From Fibrobacteria bacterium (GTDB lineage: Bacteria; Fibrobacterota; Fibrobacteria; UBA11236), in NCBI GenBank assembly GCA_043745805.1, contig JAYTSD010000001.1, forward strand, positions 1-64,000: 64,000 nt of DNA, written 5' to 3'. Both the position numbers and the translations under genes were made by a program. Below, in pieces: positions 1-11,431 of this stretch (positions are counted from its first letter, which is position 1; every line of letters begins with the position of its first letter). The notes under the pieces are model-generated. The model was not told where the DNA came from and made no database searches. It saw only the letters and a list, made by a program, of their open reading frames with translations.

Positions 1-1516
1 TAAAATCACTCATCCTGCACAAGATACTTTAGTGAATAATGCCTCTTTCATTGTGGAATACGATTCCAATGGAGTAAAGAAAACTAAACCTTATACCTTA
101 GCCGAAGGACGCACCAAGATTGTGATCAAGGCTAATAATGCTGGTAAAATCGGTGGCGACTCCTTGTATATTACTTTAGATTCGCAATCACCTGCGACCG
201 CTAGTTTATCAGCTGCAACTCCCACTCAAAACCCAGCCTGGACTTGGCCTGCGGTTGAAACTAAAGCAAAGTACTCTATAAGATTATTACAAGGCAGCAC
301 ACCTAGGGATCAACAAACCTTAAACAGCGCAGGATATACTCCACCTGGCACAATTACTTTAACCGATGGGGTATGGACATTGTATGTGAAGACTATAGAC
401 TCGGCAGGCAATACCAGCAATGAAGTTTCTTCTCCCGTGACTGTCGATAGAACCAAGCCTCTCTTAGCTATTTTAACTCCTGACGCTGAAGGTCGGGTAA
501 CAGCTGTGGACCCAACAATAACCGGTACTGTTTCAGATAATAGCACCATAACAAAATTGACTTATAGTTTATCACCCAGCGGAAGAAGTGGAAATATCAC
601 TATTCCCACTTCAGGGGCGACGTGGATTTTACCCACATTAGTTTGCGATAGCGGAGTAAAAAATACCATAACCATTCATGCGGAAGATGCGGCAGGGCTA
701 TCATCCATTGATCAAAGCATAGATATTTACAAATGGCCGAATGTGGTGTTTGTGCGTGCTGGAAAAACTGGTAATGGTACTTCTTGGAAGGAGGCTTATG
801 GTTTCTTTGATTCAGTTGCAACAAGCACAAGAGCGCAGGTAGCAGGAGCTCAAGTTTGGATTTCCAAGGGTGTTTATGGGTTGTCATTCGGAAATAAAAC
901 GCTTTACATGGCGGGTGATGGTTTGGTTTTAGGTGGCTTCGCTGCATTAGGTGCGCCATTGGATACTACCATGAGAAACTCAATTACAAATGCTGTAACC
1001 TTAAAAAATTATTTCATTACTTTTTTAGATATTAAAAATCGCTTTGATTTTAAGGGGATTGATTTCCAAAACTTTTCTTCTGAAATCTATTCACAAAATG
1101 ATGGAGTATTTGCAGTTTCGAATTGCAACTTTTATAAAGTTTCTGGTGGAACTGGTGGTGGAGGGCGTTTAATAAATTTAGAAGGAGGTGGAAATGTTGA
1201 AATTACAAATTCCTATTTTTATGGAAATGCAGGAAACATCAGATCAAGAGGAAATGTTACAATTAAGGGCACTTCATTTTCGTACGGTGATCAAGGATCC
1301 ATTCCTGTACTTTATTTTGTTGGGACTCAATTAATAATTGATGGAAGTACATTGGGTTATAGCAAGGATAGCACGGTTCCCGAAATTATCATAGACAGTC
1401 AAGTCAAGCCTACTATCATCAAAAACAGTTATATCCGTGGTGGTCGGGCTGCAATATTAGATAACGGTTACCCCATTGATTGCACCTTTCCAAGTAATAT
1501 TGAACTTATTCCTTAA
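1..1516 (+). CDS. Secreted/surface protein with Ig-like repeats and C-terminal beta-helix (pectin-lyase-like) region; 5'-truncated by window edge
   Basis: Frame is open from base 2; Ig-like motifs (DSAGN, DAAG, PTITGTVSD); VFVRAGKTGNGTSWKEAY followed by Asn/Gly-rich beta-helix-type repeats. Confidence 0.6.
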   Translation, partial: KITHPAQDTLVNNASFIVEYDSNGVKKTKPYTLAEGRTKIVIKANNAGKIGGDSLYITLDSQSPATASLSAATPTQNPAWTWPAVETKAKYSIRLLQGSTPRDQQTLNSAGYTPPGTITLTDGVWTLYVKTIDSAGNTSNEVSSPVTVDRTKPLLAILTPDAEGRVTAVDPTITGTVSDNSTITKLTYSLSPSGRSGNITIPTSGATWILPTLVCDSGVKNTITIHAEDAAGLSSIDQSIDIYKWPNVVFVRAGKTGNGTSWKEAYGFFDSVATSTRAQVAGAQVWISKGVYGLSFGNKTLYMAGDGLVLGGFAALGAPLDTTMRNSITNAVTLKNYFITFLDIKNRFDFKGIDFQNFSSEIYSQNDGVFAVSNCNFYKVSGGTGGGGRLINLEGGGNVEITNSYFYGNAGNIRSRGNVTIKGTSFSYGDQGSIPVLYFVGTQLIIDGSTLGYSKDSTVPEIIIDSQVKPTIIKNSYIRGGRAAILDNGYPIDCTFPSNIELIP

Positions 1517-1594
1517 TTGTGCAAAATCCGGTAAGTTCGACCGGCCGATCTATCGTGACTGGCAGCTTCCATTAATTTACCCTTTGGAAAAACG

Positions 1595-4210
1595 ATGACA
1601 AGAATAAGAGTAACCGAAATTGAATTAGAAGCCGGCATATCCTTACCTTCTTCTGGTGGGCATTATACCATTGTGCTTAAAAGCGATAAGCCTTTAACCC
1701 GCGTGCGTATGGCGGGAATGTTTTTCGATACCAATAAATGTTTTTTATTACCGCAAGCGATGCATGGCATTAAAGAAATTGCGCAACAATACGATTTACA
1801 TCCTGATAGTAATATGTTGATTGTCGGTCATACGGATACTGCGGGTGAGGATGAATCGAATATGACTTTGTCGCTCGAGCGAGCAGAGTCGATGGCGGCT
1901 TTTTTGCAAGACAAAAGCGAAGTATGGGAAGCCTTTTTTCAAGACTCAAACCCCGAAGCAAAGCGTTGGGGTACACATGAAATTCAACTTATGCTTTCGG
2001 CTTTACCTGAAAACGAAGAGCATAAATTTTTAAGTAGCAAGGACATTAGTGGCAAATTTGACGATAAGACAAAAATAGCTGTTAAAGCTTTTCAACATGC
2101 CCACACTATTGCAGACAATGGTGAAGTCGATTCCAAAACTCGCAAAACTTTAATTCAAGCCTATATGGGACTTGATGGAACTTCTTTACCGCATAGTAAT
2201 GATAATGCTATTAAAATTACTACTCATGGTTGCGGGGAAAATTTCCCGAAAGTTAAAACCGGAGATGGCGTGGATAAGGCGGAAAATCGTCGCGTGGAAA
2301 TTTTCTTTTTTGACGGAGAGATTAGGCCTGCACCGGAAGCGAATAAAAAATCGCTCAAGGGATCGAAACCGTATTTGTTCTGGAATGATCAAGTAACAGA
2401 AAATGTGGATTTGGTAGTGGAAAAAGAAATCGTTCAACCCAAAGCTGACATTCCTCCTGAAATCTGGACGGCGTCTAGTTTTGCACGCCAAACTTCTGGT
2501 AATAAGGTGGAGGCCTTGGTTGATGGTGCCGAGGCTATGAAAGCAATTCACACGGCTTTGCTCGGAGCGAAGAACTCTATTCGCATAGCCGATTGGACTA
2601 TGGCAACTCAAGCTCCTTGGAACGAAATCCTCGACAAAGATCCTAACAAAATCCCTGACCTCTCTTTGGTCCGCGATGGTTCGGGTGGCCTTATTACTGG
2701 CCTTTTCGCGACTTTATTGCAATGCGCAAATGCCGGTGTGATCATCAAAATCTTACTTTGGAATCCGAAACATTTCGATTCTGCAGGTAATCATGGGGAG
2801 TCTATACAGAAAAAACTAGAAGGTCTCCATGCGAATATTAAGGTGTCTTTACATGATCCTGGAAGTTACTGGTCTCATCATCAAAAATTTGTGATTGTCG
2901 ATGGCAAGGTGGCTTTTCTTGGCGGAGTTGATTTAGCAGCAGGCCGATGGGACACTCCTGACCATTCCGTGGTCGCGGATAAAAGATGGAGTAGCACGGA
3001 ATTTTATAACCCCTGTTTGGAAAGCACGGGCAATGCTTCGAATAGTCCTCGTATGCCTTGGCATGATGTGCATCTCCGCATCGAAGGCCCCTCAGTGGCG
3101 GATGTAGATGCAATTTTTGCAGGCCGCTGGAACTTTCAAAATAAATATGATACGGTCACTTCCATAGCACCTGCTAAACCGATTCCTGACGCCACCGATT
3201 GGGTACAAATTCATCGCTCGGCAAACTCTGCCTCATGTGGGTTGCCGAAAACCGAACATTCCATTTTAGATATGTATTTGAATTTGATTAAATTATCTCA
3301 GCATCATATTCATATCGAAAATCAATTTTTCACTTCGCATTTTGGAACTTCAACTGTCGAAAATACTATTGCAGATGCCTTGGTAAAACGAATCGGTTTA
3401 GCCATCAAAAATAGTGAGGACTTCCGAGTTACTATTGTGTTGCCTGCGCACCCCGAAGGCCCGCTGAGTTCTTGGGATACACAAGAGACTATGCATTGGC
3501 AATATCAGACATTGATTCGCTCGGGAGCAGGATCCTTCCTCGAGCGTATTCGAGCATTGATTGGCCCTACCGCGAACGCGGAAGATGTTAGAAAAGTAGT
3601 TTCGATTCATTGCTTGCGTAATTATGGTAACCTTGCTGGAAAAGGATGGATTACAGAACAAATTTATGTGCATATCAAATGCATGATAGTAGACGATTCC
3701 TGGGTGGTAATTGGCTCAGCAAATATTAATGATCGCAGTATGTTGGGTAATAGAGATTCTGAAATCGCTGGACTCATAGCGGACGAGAATGAGGTAGATT
3801 CTTTCATGAAAGAAAAGCCTTTTAAAGCACGTGCCTTTGCCAGAAAATTGCGTGTAAAGCTTTGGAAAGAGCATTTAAATATTGACGAATTGGATCTCAA
3901 AGATCCATTCACCGCACAATGGAACAAAATTTCCGGTGATAACACAATAATTTACGAGAGTGTATTTCCCAAAATTCCACGTAACAGTGCACACACGTTA
4001 CCTAATTTTAATGCTCTTAAGGAATTCGATTCCGCACAGGCCTCTAAATTATCCGGAATTAAAGGACATCTTTGTGACTTCCCCTTACAATTTTTGGACA
4101 AAGAAGATCTGGAAGCTAGCGATCCACGGCACCCTGATAAAATGTACACTCTCATACTTCGGCCAAAAGGACGGTTTGGCGAAGTTCCTGTAGCAGAAGA
4201 ATCCGTATGA
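1595..4210 (+). CDS. OmpA-like/peptidoglycan-binding domain fused to phospholipase D (eukaryotic PLD/PldA-like)
   Basis: OmpA motifs IVGHTD..G...N..LS..RA and G.GE..P...NRRVEI split by a PGBD-like insert; two HKD motifs HHQKFVIVD and HIKCMIVD plus PRMPWHD, HIENQFF, GSANINDRS. Confidence 0.85.
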   Translation: MTRIRVTEIELEAGISLPSSGGHYTIVLKSDKPLTRVRMAGMFFDTNKCFLLPQAMHGIKEIAQQYDLHPDSNMLIVGHTDTAGEDESNMTLSLERAESMAAFLQDKSEVWEAFFQDSNPEAKRWGTHEIQLMLSALPENEEHKFLSSKDISGKFDDKTKIAVKAFQHAHTIADNGEVDSKTRKTLIQAYMGLDGTSLPHSNDNAIKITTHGCGENFPKVKTGDGVDKAENRRVEIFFFDGEIRPAPEANKKSLKGSKPYLFWNDQVTENVDLVVEKEIVQPKADIPPEIWTASSFARQTSGNKVEALVDGAEAMKAIHTALLGAKNSIRIADWTMATQAPWNEILDKDPNKIPDLSLVRDGSGGLITGLFATLLQCANAGVIIKILLWNPKHFDSAGNHGESIQKKLEGLHANIKVSLHDPGSYWSHHQKFVIVDGKVAFLGGVDLAAGRWDTPDHSVVADKRWSSTEFYNPCLESTGNASNSPRMPWHDVHLRIEGPSVADVDAIFAGRWNFQNKYDTVTSIAPAKPIPDATDWVQIHRSANSASCGLPKTEHSILDMYLNLIKLSQHHIHIENQFFTSHFGTSTVENTIADALVKRIGLAIKNSEDFRVTIVLPAHPEGPLSSWDTQETMHWQYQTLIRSGAGSFLERIRALIGPTANAEDVRKVVSIHCLRNYGNLAGKGWITEQIYVHIKCMIVDDSWVVIGSANINDRSMLGNRDSEIAGLIADENEVDSFMKEKPFKARAFARKLRVKLWKEHLNIDELDLKDPFTAQWNKISGDNTIIYESVFPKIPRNSAHTLPNFNALKEFDSAQASKLSGIKGHLCDFPLQFLDKEDLEASDPRHPDKMYTLILRPKGRFGEVPVAEESV

Positions 4211-5379
4211 TCTATACCCTAATTTTTCTTGCGACATCTATATTTGCAGGTTCAATAAAGGCATCAAGCGATTCCTTGCCGGCAATATTCTCTTTATTAG
4301 ATTCAGAAGATGGAAGACAAAGTCAACAGGCATTGTCGAAATTGATAAAGCTATCCACGTCATCCAATTGGAAAATGGCTTTACCCTTTCTCACTTTTGG
4401 AACGGAAATGTCACGTCACACTGCATGCAAATTTATCCGTAACACCAAGAATCCAGAATACCTTTCAACTTTTCTAAAACGAATGGAGTCCGAAAAAAGT
4501 GAATGGGTGGGATGGTGTTTGGCGAATGGAATAGGCGAGGCTGCCACTACCGCCGATGTCCCAGCCATTGCGAAAACCTGGAGGAAAACAAAAAATAAAC
4601 AAAATCGTTTTCGACTCATGCAATCCTTCCCTTTAGACTCCACCAATTCAATTGCGGCAGATACCATCGCTTCTTTGCGAAAGACCTTAAAAGACACGAT
4701 GCTATGGGAAGCGCGGTTTGAAGAATCCCGATTACGAAAATATTCGCATACCCTTCAACCTGATTCAATCAATGCTTGGTGGAAAGCCTATTTTGCGTCT
4801 GATATCTATTCTGGGTTTGCGCAATTTATCGATCCAAAATCGGTATGGTTTATGCTAGGTGATACTACTGTGAACATTGCTTCGCGAATCGAATTGCTTG
4901 AGGTTGCAGAAGACTTAACATTCCAGGACACTATACCCTGTGAGACTTGGTTATCCACATTCTCAAAATGGACCGATCTATTAACCCATGCACATAGCTT
5001 GCATCTTTACATTTCCAAATGTAATGAAACACAAAGAGTCATCATACGCAAATTGCTTGTGGATACAAGCGGAAAATATTTGATTAAGGGCGCATCGGAA
5101 ATGGATTTGGGAACATTATGGGACACCGAGAATGCAAATCTCATGTATCGTTATGTCCTTAATCGAGCCGCAACAGAAACATCAGACAGAGAAGCCCTTT
5201 CTGAAGCGTGTCAGACCATGGATGCCTATCTCGAAACAGCCAAGCCGAGCTTGGATTGGTTGCGGGCAAAACAGAAGGAGCATCGACCATACGATGGAAT
5301 TAATTATTCCATGGAAAAGGCAATTTGCCATCGCCCTAATTCCAAAATTAATGACAATGCTTTATGTGGAGAACATTGA
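4207..5379 (+). CDS. Secreted helical (HEAT-like) protein, candidate PLD immunity protein
   Basis: Signal peptide MIYTLIFLATSIFAG; ATGA overlap with the PLD stop; helical repeat character. Function inferred from context. Confidence 0.5.
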   Translation: MIYTLIFLATSIFAGSIKASSDSLPAIFSLLDSEDGRQSQQALSKLIKLSTSSNWKMALPFLTFGTEMSRHTACKFIRNTKNPEYLSTFLKRMESEKSEWVGWCLANGIGEAATTADVPAIAKTWRKTKNKQNRFRLMQSFPLDSTNSIAADTIASLRKTLKDTMLWEARFEESRLRKYSHTLQPDSINAWWKAYFASDIYSGFAQFIDPKSVWFMLGDTTVNIASRIELLEVAEDLTFQDTIPCETWLSTFSKWTDLLTHAHSLHLYISKCNETQRVIIRKLLVDTSGKYLIKGASEMDLGTLWDTENANLMYRYVLNRAATETSDREALSEACQTMDAYLETAKPSLDWLRAKQKEHRPYDGINYSMEKAICHRPNSKINDNALCGEH

Positions 5380-5380
5380 A

Positions 5381-5581
5381 GGTCATTTCCACAGGCTCAG
5401 TGACCGAAGCGCGACAGTCCAGACCGAAGTGCGATAGGGTTGTGACTAAATAACGACGCACTCAGTGAGCGAATTTATACGGACGTTGAGCTTGTCGAAA
5501 CGCCCCAGTTACGGTCACTTCGACAAGCTCAGTGACCGAAGTGAAAGCTCAGTGGCCGCAGAGGGGCATGCTCAGTGACCG
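5381..5581. repeat. REP/REPIN-like cluster (TTCGACAAGCTCAGTGACCG family)
   Basis: Five CTCAGTG(A/G)(C/G)CG copies plus inverted pair TGAGCTTGTCGAA / TTCGACAAGCTCA between convergent genes. Confidence 0.75.
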
Positions 5582-5587
5582 ATTGTA

Positions 5588-6835
5588 TCAGTGTAGGTGA
5601 ACCTCAATACGTGCGGGTATGTTTTTTAGTGCACCGAGCAAATTATTTTGTAATTCCATTACCATTGCTGAAATATTTGCGAGATTATTTTCGGCCTTTT
5701 CTAATTGCCCCAGCAAATCAACAGGATCCTTCGCCACGCTAGCTAACCCATTATCCAATAATTTTCGCGCCAAATTTTCTTGATGGTAAAAAGAGGGACC
5801 AAAGAAAATCCTATTTCCTGCGCATAAAGGTTCCCACAAATTATGACAGCCTTTACCATTCCAGCTTCCGCCGACAAAGGAAACAGAAAATGTGGGACAC
5901 ATTTTCTCGACTTCGCCGATTTTATCAACAATTAAAAATTCAGCATCAGAATTTTGGTTAAAGGTTAAAAAACCAAACGGTTTTAATAAAGCAATGAATT
6001 CGGGAAACTCTTTTTCATAGCGCGGGAAAAAAGTTAGAGAATGCTTTTTCATAAACAAGGGAAGTGTGGGTAACAATAAACGTAACTCTGCTAAATGCAA
6101 AGAAATAAAGGCCAGCTTAGGAAGTTCGCCACCTTCAGTTTTATTGTTGTGAATCTGAGCTTTAAAATCTCGCTTCTCTGTAAGATTCAATAATCCATAA
6201 TGCAAAGCTTTAAAGTCAAAACCTATATCGACTTGTGTATCAGATAAATTACGATAACGAAATTGATCTTCTTGGTTTTGGGTTTGAATCCACTGTATTT
6301 GATTTAATAGTATTCGCGCACTTTTGGGAAAGCAGCGAAAAAGTTTTTCTGCACGCGGAGACATTCGCGCCGAAACCATCCAAACAGAAACTTTATTTTT
6401 GCTACAAGCTTGAATTGTATTGGGCCAAATTTCATTTTCATAAAGCACAAATAAAGTAATGTGGTTTTTACGGATAAAGTTTTCTACAAGTGGATAATGA
6501 TCAAAAGGAGTAATAGACGAATTATTTGGAAAATGATTTTTTAAATAACGCAGTCCAATATCGGTTTGTGCGGTGAGCAAAATGCTTTCCGATTTTAAGT
6601 TTGAATTCAAGGCATGAATAAGTCCTACTAAACCTTTGCATTCCCCCAATGATGCCGCGTGAAACCAAATCTTGGGCGAGGGGTTTTCTTTTAAATTTAA
6701 GTGCAGTCGTTCGCGAATATGCCATGAGGAAGACGGGCGTTTTTTATTTATAGCGAAAAGCGTTCCCCATTGCGTTAAGACTTTTGTAAAAGGGTAGGCG
6801 ATAGTCCATAGCAAACGATAAATCAAAAAAACCAT
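5588..6835 (-). CDS. waaA: 3-deoxy-D-manno-octulosonic acid (Kdo) transferase
   Basis: IWFHAASLGE, ENEIWPN, D.IGE, FVGGSW..GCHNLWEP motifs. Confidence 0.9.
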   Translation of the reverse strand: MVFLIYRLLWTIAYPFTKVLTQWGTLFAINKKRPSSSWHIRERLHLNLKENPSPKIWFHAASLGECKGLVGLIHALNSNLKSESILLTAQTDIGLRYLKNHFPNNSSITPFDHYPLVENFIRKNHITLFVLYENEIWPNTIQACSKNKVSVWMVSARMSPRAEKLFRCFPKSARILLNQIQWIQTQNQEDQFRYRNLSDTQVDIGFDFKALHYGLLNLTEKRDFKAQIHNNKTEGGELPKLAFISLHLAELRLLLPTLPLFMKKHSLTFFPRYEKEFPEFIALLKPFGFLTFNQNSDAEFLIVDKIGEVEKMCPTFSVSFVGGSWNGKGCHNLWEPLCAGNRIFFGPSFYHQENLARKLLDNGLASVAKDPVDLLGQLEKAENNLANISAMVMELQNNLLGALKNIPARIEVHLH

Positions 6836-7417
6836 TTAAGCGGAAATCCAAAATAAAAAAACGAGGGTAAAATTTTTCAAAATATTTCCTCCCTGAGATT
6901 TAAATGCTTGGCGAAAAGGATATGGACTTTTCCAACTTTCACTAAAGGCATTTCGCATGGGCGAAAACCCCAACCAACGCGGCACATTTTTTTTATACAT
7001 CAAATAAATTTCTCCAAAATAGTTTTCTAAAAAATCCTCTTCCATTTTAATAAGAAAAATATGATGGAGTAACATCCATGTTATCAACAACAAACTGATA
7101 AACCAAGGCGTACAATGCACAAAACCGATTAAACCGAGGGCATTTAAAATATTCGCTAAATAAAGCGGATTGCGACTAAAGCTATAAGGTCCTTTTTGAC
7201 ATAAACCTTGTTCGGAAAGCGCGTAATTGTTCGTATGCGCTTCAATATAAAAACCACAAAATAATCTTAAACTGGCGGCTACAATAATAAGCAATAACCA
7301 TAAGGGTTGCAGGCTTGTGTGTACGTGAATGCGAAAAGCCAATAAAATTAAAGCGGGTAAAATTAATCCCCAACCTCGCCAATTAAAATAGCAAGCACTT
7401 AGGTCCGCTTTATTCAT
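6836..7417 (-). CDS. ICMT/PEMT-family membrane methyltransferase, possibly LmtA-like lipid A methyltransferase
   Basis: GPYSFSRNPLY and EEDFL..FGE.Y..YKK.VPRW motifs; lies between msbA-like and waaA. Confidence 0.75.
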   Translation of the reverse strand: MNKADLSACYFNWRGWGLILPALILLAFRIHVHTSLQPLWLLLIIVAASLRLFCGFYIEAHTNNYALSEQGLCQKGPYSFSRNPLYLANILNALGLIGFVHCTPWFISLLLITWMLLHHIFLIKMEEDFLENYFGEIYLMYKKNVPRWLGFSPMRNAFSESWKSPYPFRQAFKSQGGNILKNFTLVFLFWISA

Positions 7418-9153
7418 ACTGCAATAGCCGAAGGTGTAAAGTCTAAAACAATATCCGCCATGGCAATTAATTCGGGTTCATGGGAAACGAGTAATAGTCC
7501 TCGCTGTCCTAGCGAACTATTCTGCATTCTCCATATTTTAATTAGCGCGCGCATAATTTCCGCTCTTTCATTCCCAGGCAGCCAAACCGTAGGTTCATCT
7601 AATAATAGATAGCGCTTGGAAGAGCTAAAAGCGCGCGCTAAGCAAAGTCTTTGTCGCTCACCACCGGATAAAGCCATCGCACCAAGTTGTTGCATTTTCT
7701 CGATAAGCGACTCAATATTTAAAATCTCATTTAAAGCCTTAGGTAACATAGGTGTATCGTAACTTAAACGCTTCCATGCCTCCGGCCAAAACTCCGGGAC
7801 TTGCACGCGTTGTGGCAAGTAGGCAAGGGAAATTTGGTCTTGTTGCATGACTGATTGAGGATAGAGGATTTGACCGCCTTGCGGCATTTCCATACGCGCG
7901 ATTAATTTTAGTAGAGTGCTTTTTCCCGTGCCATTTGGTCCTTGTATAGCCGTGAAGGCTGCACCATCCCATTGTGCATCTAGTCTTGCAAACACGGGTT
8001 TATTTTCGGATCCCATTTCCCAACCATACGAAAATCGTAATTGGGATATTTCAAAACGTTTTTCTTTGGATAAAGTGGGCGTAGGAATTTCAATTAAGTT
8101 TTCTAGGGTAAGTTTTAATTGTTCAATTTCTTTCCAAGCTTTTTCACCTTGCCAATAAATTGGGAATTGTCGCGTAGCTTCGCGTAAAGGGCGATGCAAA
8201 AAAAACAATAAAATCAAAAAGGGGAAAAAATTATTAGCATTATCTTTTCCCAACCAACTTCCCTGCAAGGCAAGTAAAGCAAAGCTTGCGAGTAAAGCAA
8301 AAAAGAACCATTCCATCAGTGGAGGAAAAGCAGCTTGCAAGCGTCCCCATTTTCTTTCTTGTTGGGCAGTAGCGGCTAAAGTTTTTTCTAAGGCCTGACT
8401 TTGCGAAGACCACTCTCCATTACCCAAAATATTTTCCAAGCTATCGCTAAAACCGTTTAAAGCGGCATGCAGTTTTTGCTCAGCTTTGTTCCAAGCCATT
8501 CCGGCGGTATTAAACCAATGTAAACGACCGCGTATCACCAAAAATACCGGTAACACAAAGGCTACTACTAGCGCAGCTAGTTTCCAGGAGAAGAAAAACA
8601 ATAAGGGCAAAAAAATGAGCAATTGCAAAGCGGCACTGGCACCATGAAAAAAGGCAGTGAGACCATGCGAGACCTTAACCCAATTTTCTTTTAAGGTTTT
8701 AATCAAGGCTTCAGCATAAGGGGCGCGATATAAAGGAGCTAGGCGGGATTTCAGTTGTGCGAAAAAGTCTTCTCTAAAAATATCACCAAAGGATTTTAAT
8801 AAGCGCAATTCGGTTTCTATTTGGGCGAATTGTAAAAGCGTTCGCAAAGTAACCAGTCCCAATAATAAAAGTGGGAGACTCAATGAAAAGGAGGGAATTA
8901 AGGTAACATTAAAGTTACTAAGCAAATTACTTGTGGAATTGTTTGCTGAACTATTTACCGAGTGATTGATCAAAACAGTTTTACTGCCTGGCATTCCAAT
9001 TACATTTTTAAGCAGCAATACAAAAATGGCTTCGATCAAACCAGCTCCGGCTCCGAGCATTAGTGGCCACAATAATTTCCAACGATGTTGGCGCATAAAA
9101 GAAAAGATCATGAACAAAAAGGTATTAAGGAAAATGATGCATACTCTTCTCAT
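7414..9153 (-). CDS. ABC exporter, fused permease/ATPase (MsbA-like)
   Basis: N-terminal TM helices; GPNGTGKST, LSGGERQR, LLLDEP, VSHE; start uncertain. Confidence 0.8.
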   Translation of the reverse strand: MRRVCIIFLNTFLFMIFSFMRQHRWKLLWPLMLGAGAGLIEAIFVLLLKNVIGMPGSKTVLINHSVNSSANNSTSNLLSNFNVTLIPSFSLSLPLLLLGLVTLRTLLQFAQIETELRLLKSFGDIFREDFFAQLKSRLAPLYRAPYAEALIKTLKENWVKVSHGLTAFFHGASAALQLLIFLPLLFFFSWKLAALVVAFVLPVFLVIRGRLHWFNTAGMAWNKAEQKLHAALNGFSDSLENILGNGEWSSQSQALEKTLAATAQQERKWGRLQAAFPPLMEWFFFALLASFALLALQGSWLGKDNANNFFPFLILLFFLHRPLREATRQFPIYWQGEKAWKEIEQLKLTLENLIEIPTPTLSKEKRFEISQLRFSYGWEMGSENKPVFARLDAQWDGAAFTAIQGPNGTGKSTLLKLIARMEMPQGGQILYPQSVMQQDQISLAYLPQRVQVPEFWPEAWKRLSYDTPMLPKALNEILNIESLIEKMQQLGAMALSGGERQRLCLARAFSSSKRYLLLDEPTVWLPGNERAEIMRALIKIWRMQNSSLGQRGLLLVSHEPELIAMADIVLDFTPSAIAV

Positions 9154-9285
9154 CAGGCTTTAGAGTTTGCTTACACCGGTTGCTCCGGCAATTGTTTCAA
9201 AATAAAACGAAATTATTTCGGTTTCGTTGGATTTACAGGAAATAAAACGTATTTGTTTCGGATTTAGTTTGTTTATTAGAAAAGC

Positions 9286-9314
9286 TTGCTTTTAAAACCG
9301 TGACATGATATATT
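9286..9314 (+). promoter_or_regulatory. Sigma-70-type promoter for groES
   Basis: TTGCTT-17 nt-TATATT with extended -10 TG, immediately upstream of CIRCE. Confidence 0.6.
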
Positions 9315-9326
9315 TGTCTTCGAATT

Positions 9327-9353
9327 TTAGCACTCACACTTATCGAGTGCTAA
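9327..9353 (+). promoter_or_regulatory. CIRCE element (HrcA operator)
   Basis: Perfect TTAGCACTC-N9-GAGTGCTAA upstream of groES; hrcA in the same cluster. Confidence 0.97.
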
Positions 9354-9379
9354 GTCAATAAACCATAAAGGAGACTCTT

Positions 9380-9664
9380 ATGAGCGTTAAACCCCTCGCA
9401 GATCGAGTTTTAGTAGAAGCACTCGAAGCCGCCGAAAAAACCGCTGGCGGTATTTACATACCAGATAATGCCAAAGAAAAACCCCAGAAAGGCAAAATCA
9501 TCGCCGCTGGCCCAGGTAAAACCTCGGATTCCGGTGCCTTAGTAAAGCCTGAAGTTAAAGTGGGCGATACGGTTTTATACGGTAAATATTCCGGTACTGA
9601 AGTTTCCGTAGACGGTAAAGATTATTTGATCATGCGCGAGAGCGATATTTTAGCCATCATCTAA
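9380..9664 (+). CDS. groES: Co-chaperonin GroES
   Basis: [31 protein letters not shown]. Confidence 0.98.
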   Translation: MSVKPLADRVLVEALEAAEKTAGGIYIPDNAKEKPQKGKIIAAGPGKTSDSGALVKPEVKVGDTVLYGKYSGTEVSVDGKDYLIMRESDILAII

Positions 9665-9676
9665 AAATTTTAATAA

Positions 9677-11353
<1,677 letters not shown>

Positions 11354-11380
11354 ATCATCCGTTACCCCATGGGTTAACGT

Positions 11381-11407
11381 ATCCCCCAGGTTACTGGGGG
11401 ATTTTTA
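11381..11407 (+). terminator. Intrinsic terminator between groEL and hrcA
   Basis: ATCCCCCAG-GTTA-CTGGGGGAT followed by T run. Confidence 0.75.
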
Positions 11408-11431
11408 TGTTTTAAGGAGAGTTAACACGGT

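Noticed and set aside
5381-5581. CRISPR array
   Set aside because: Units are short, irregularly spaced and partly inverted; no cas genes
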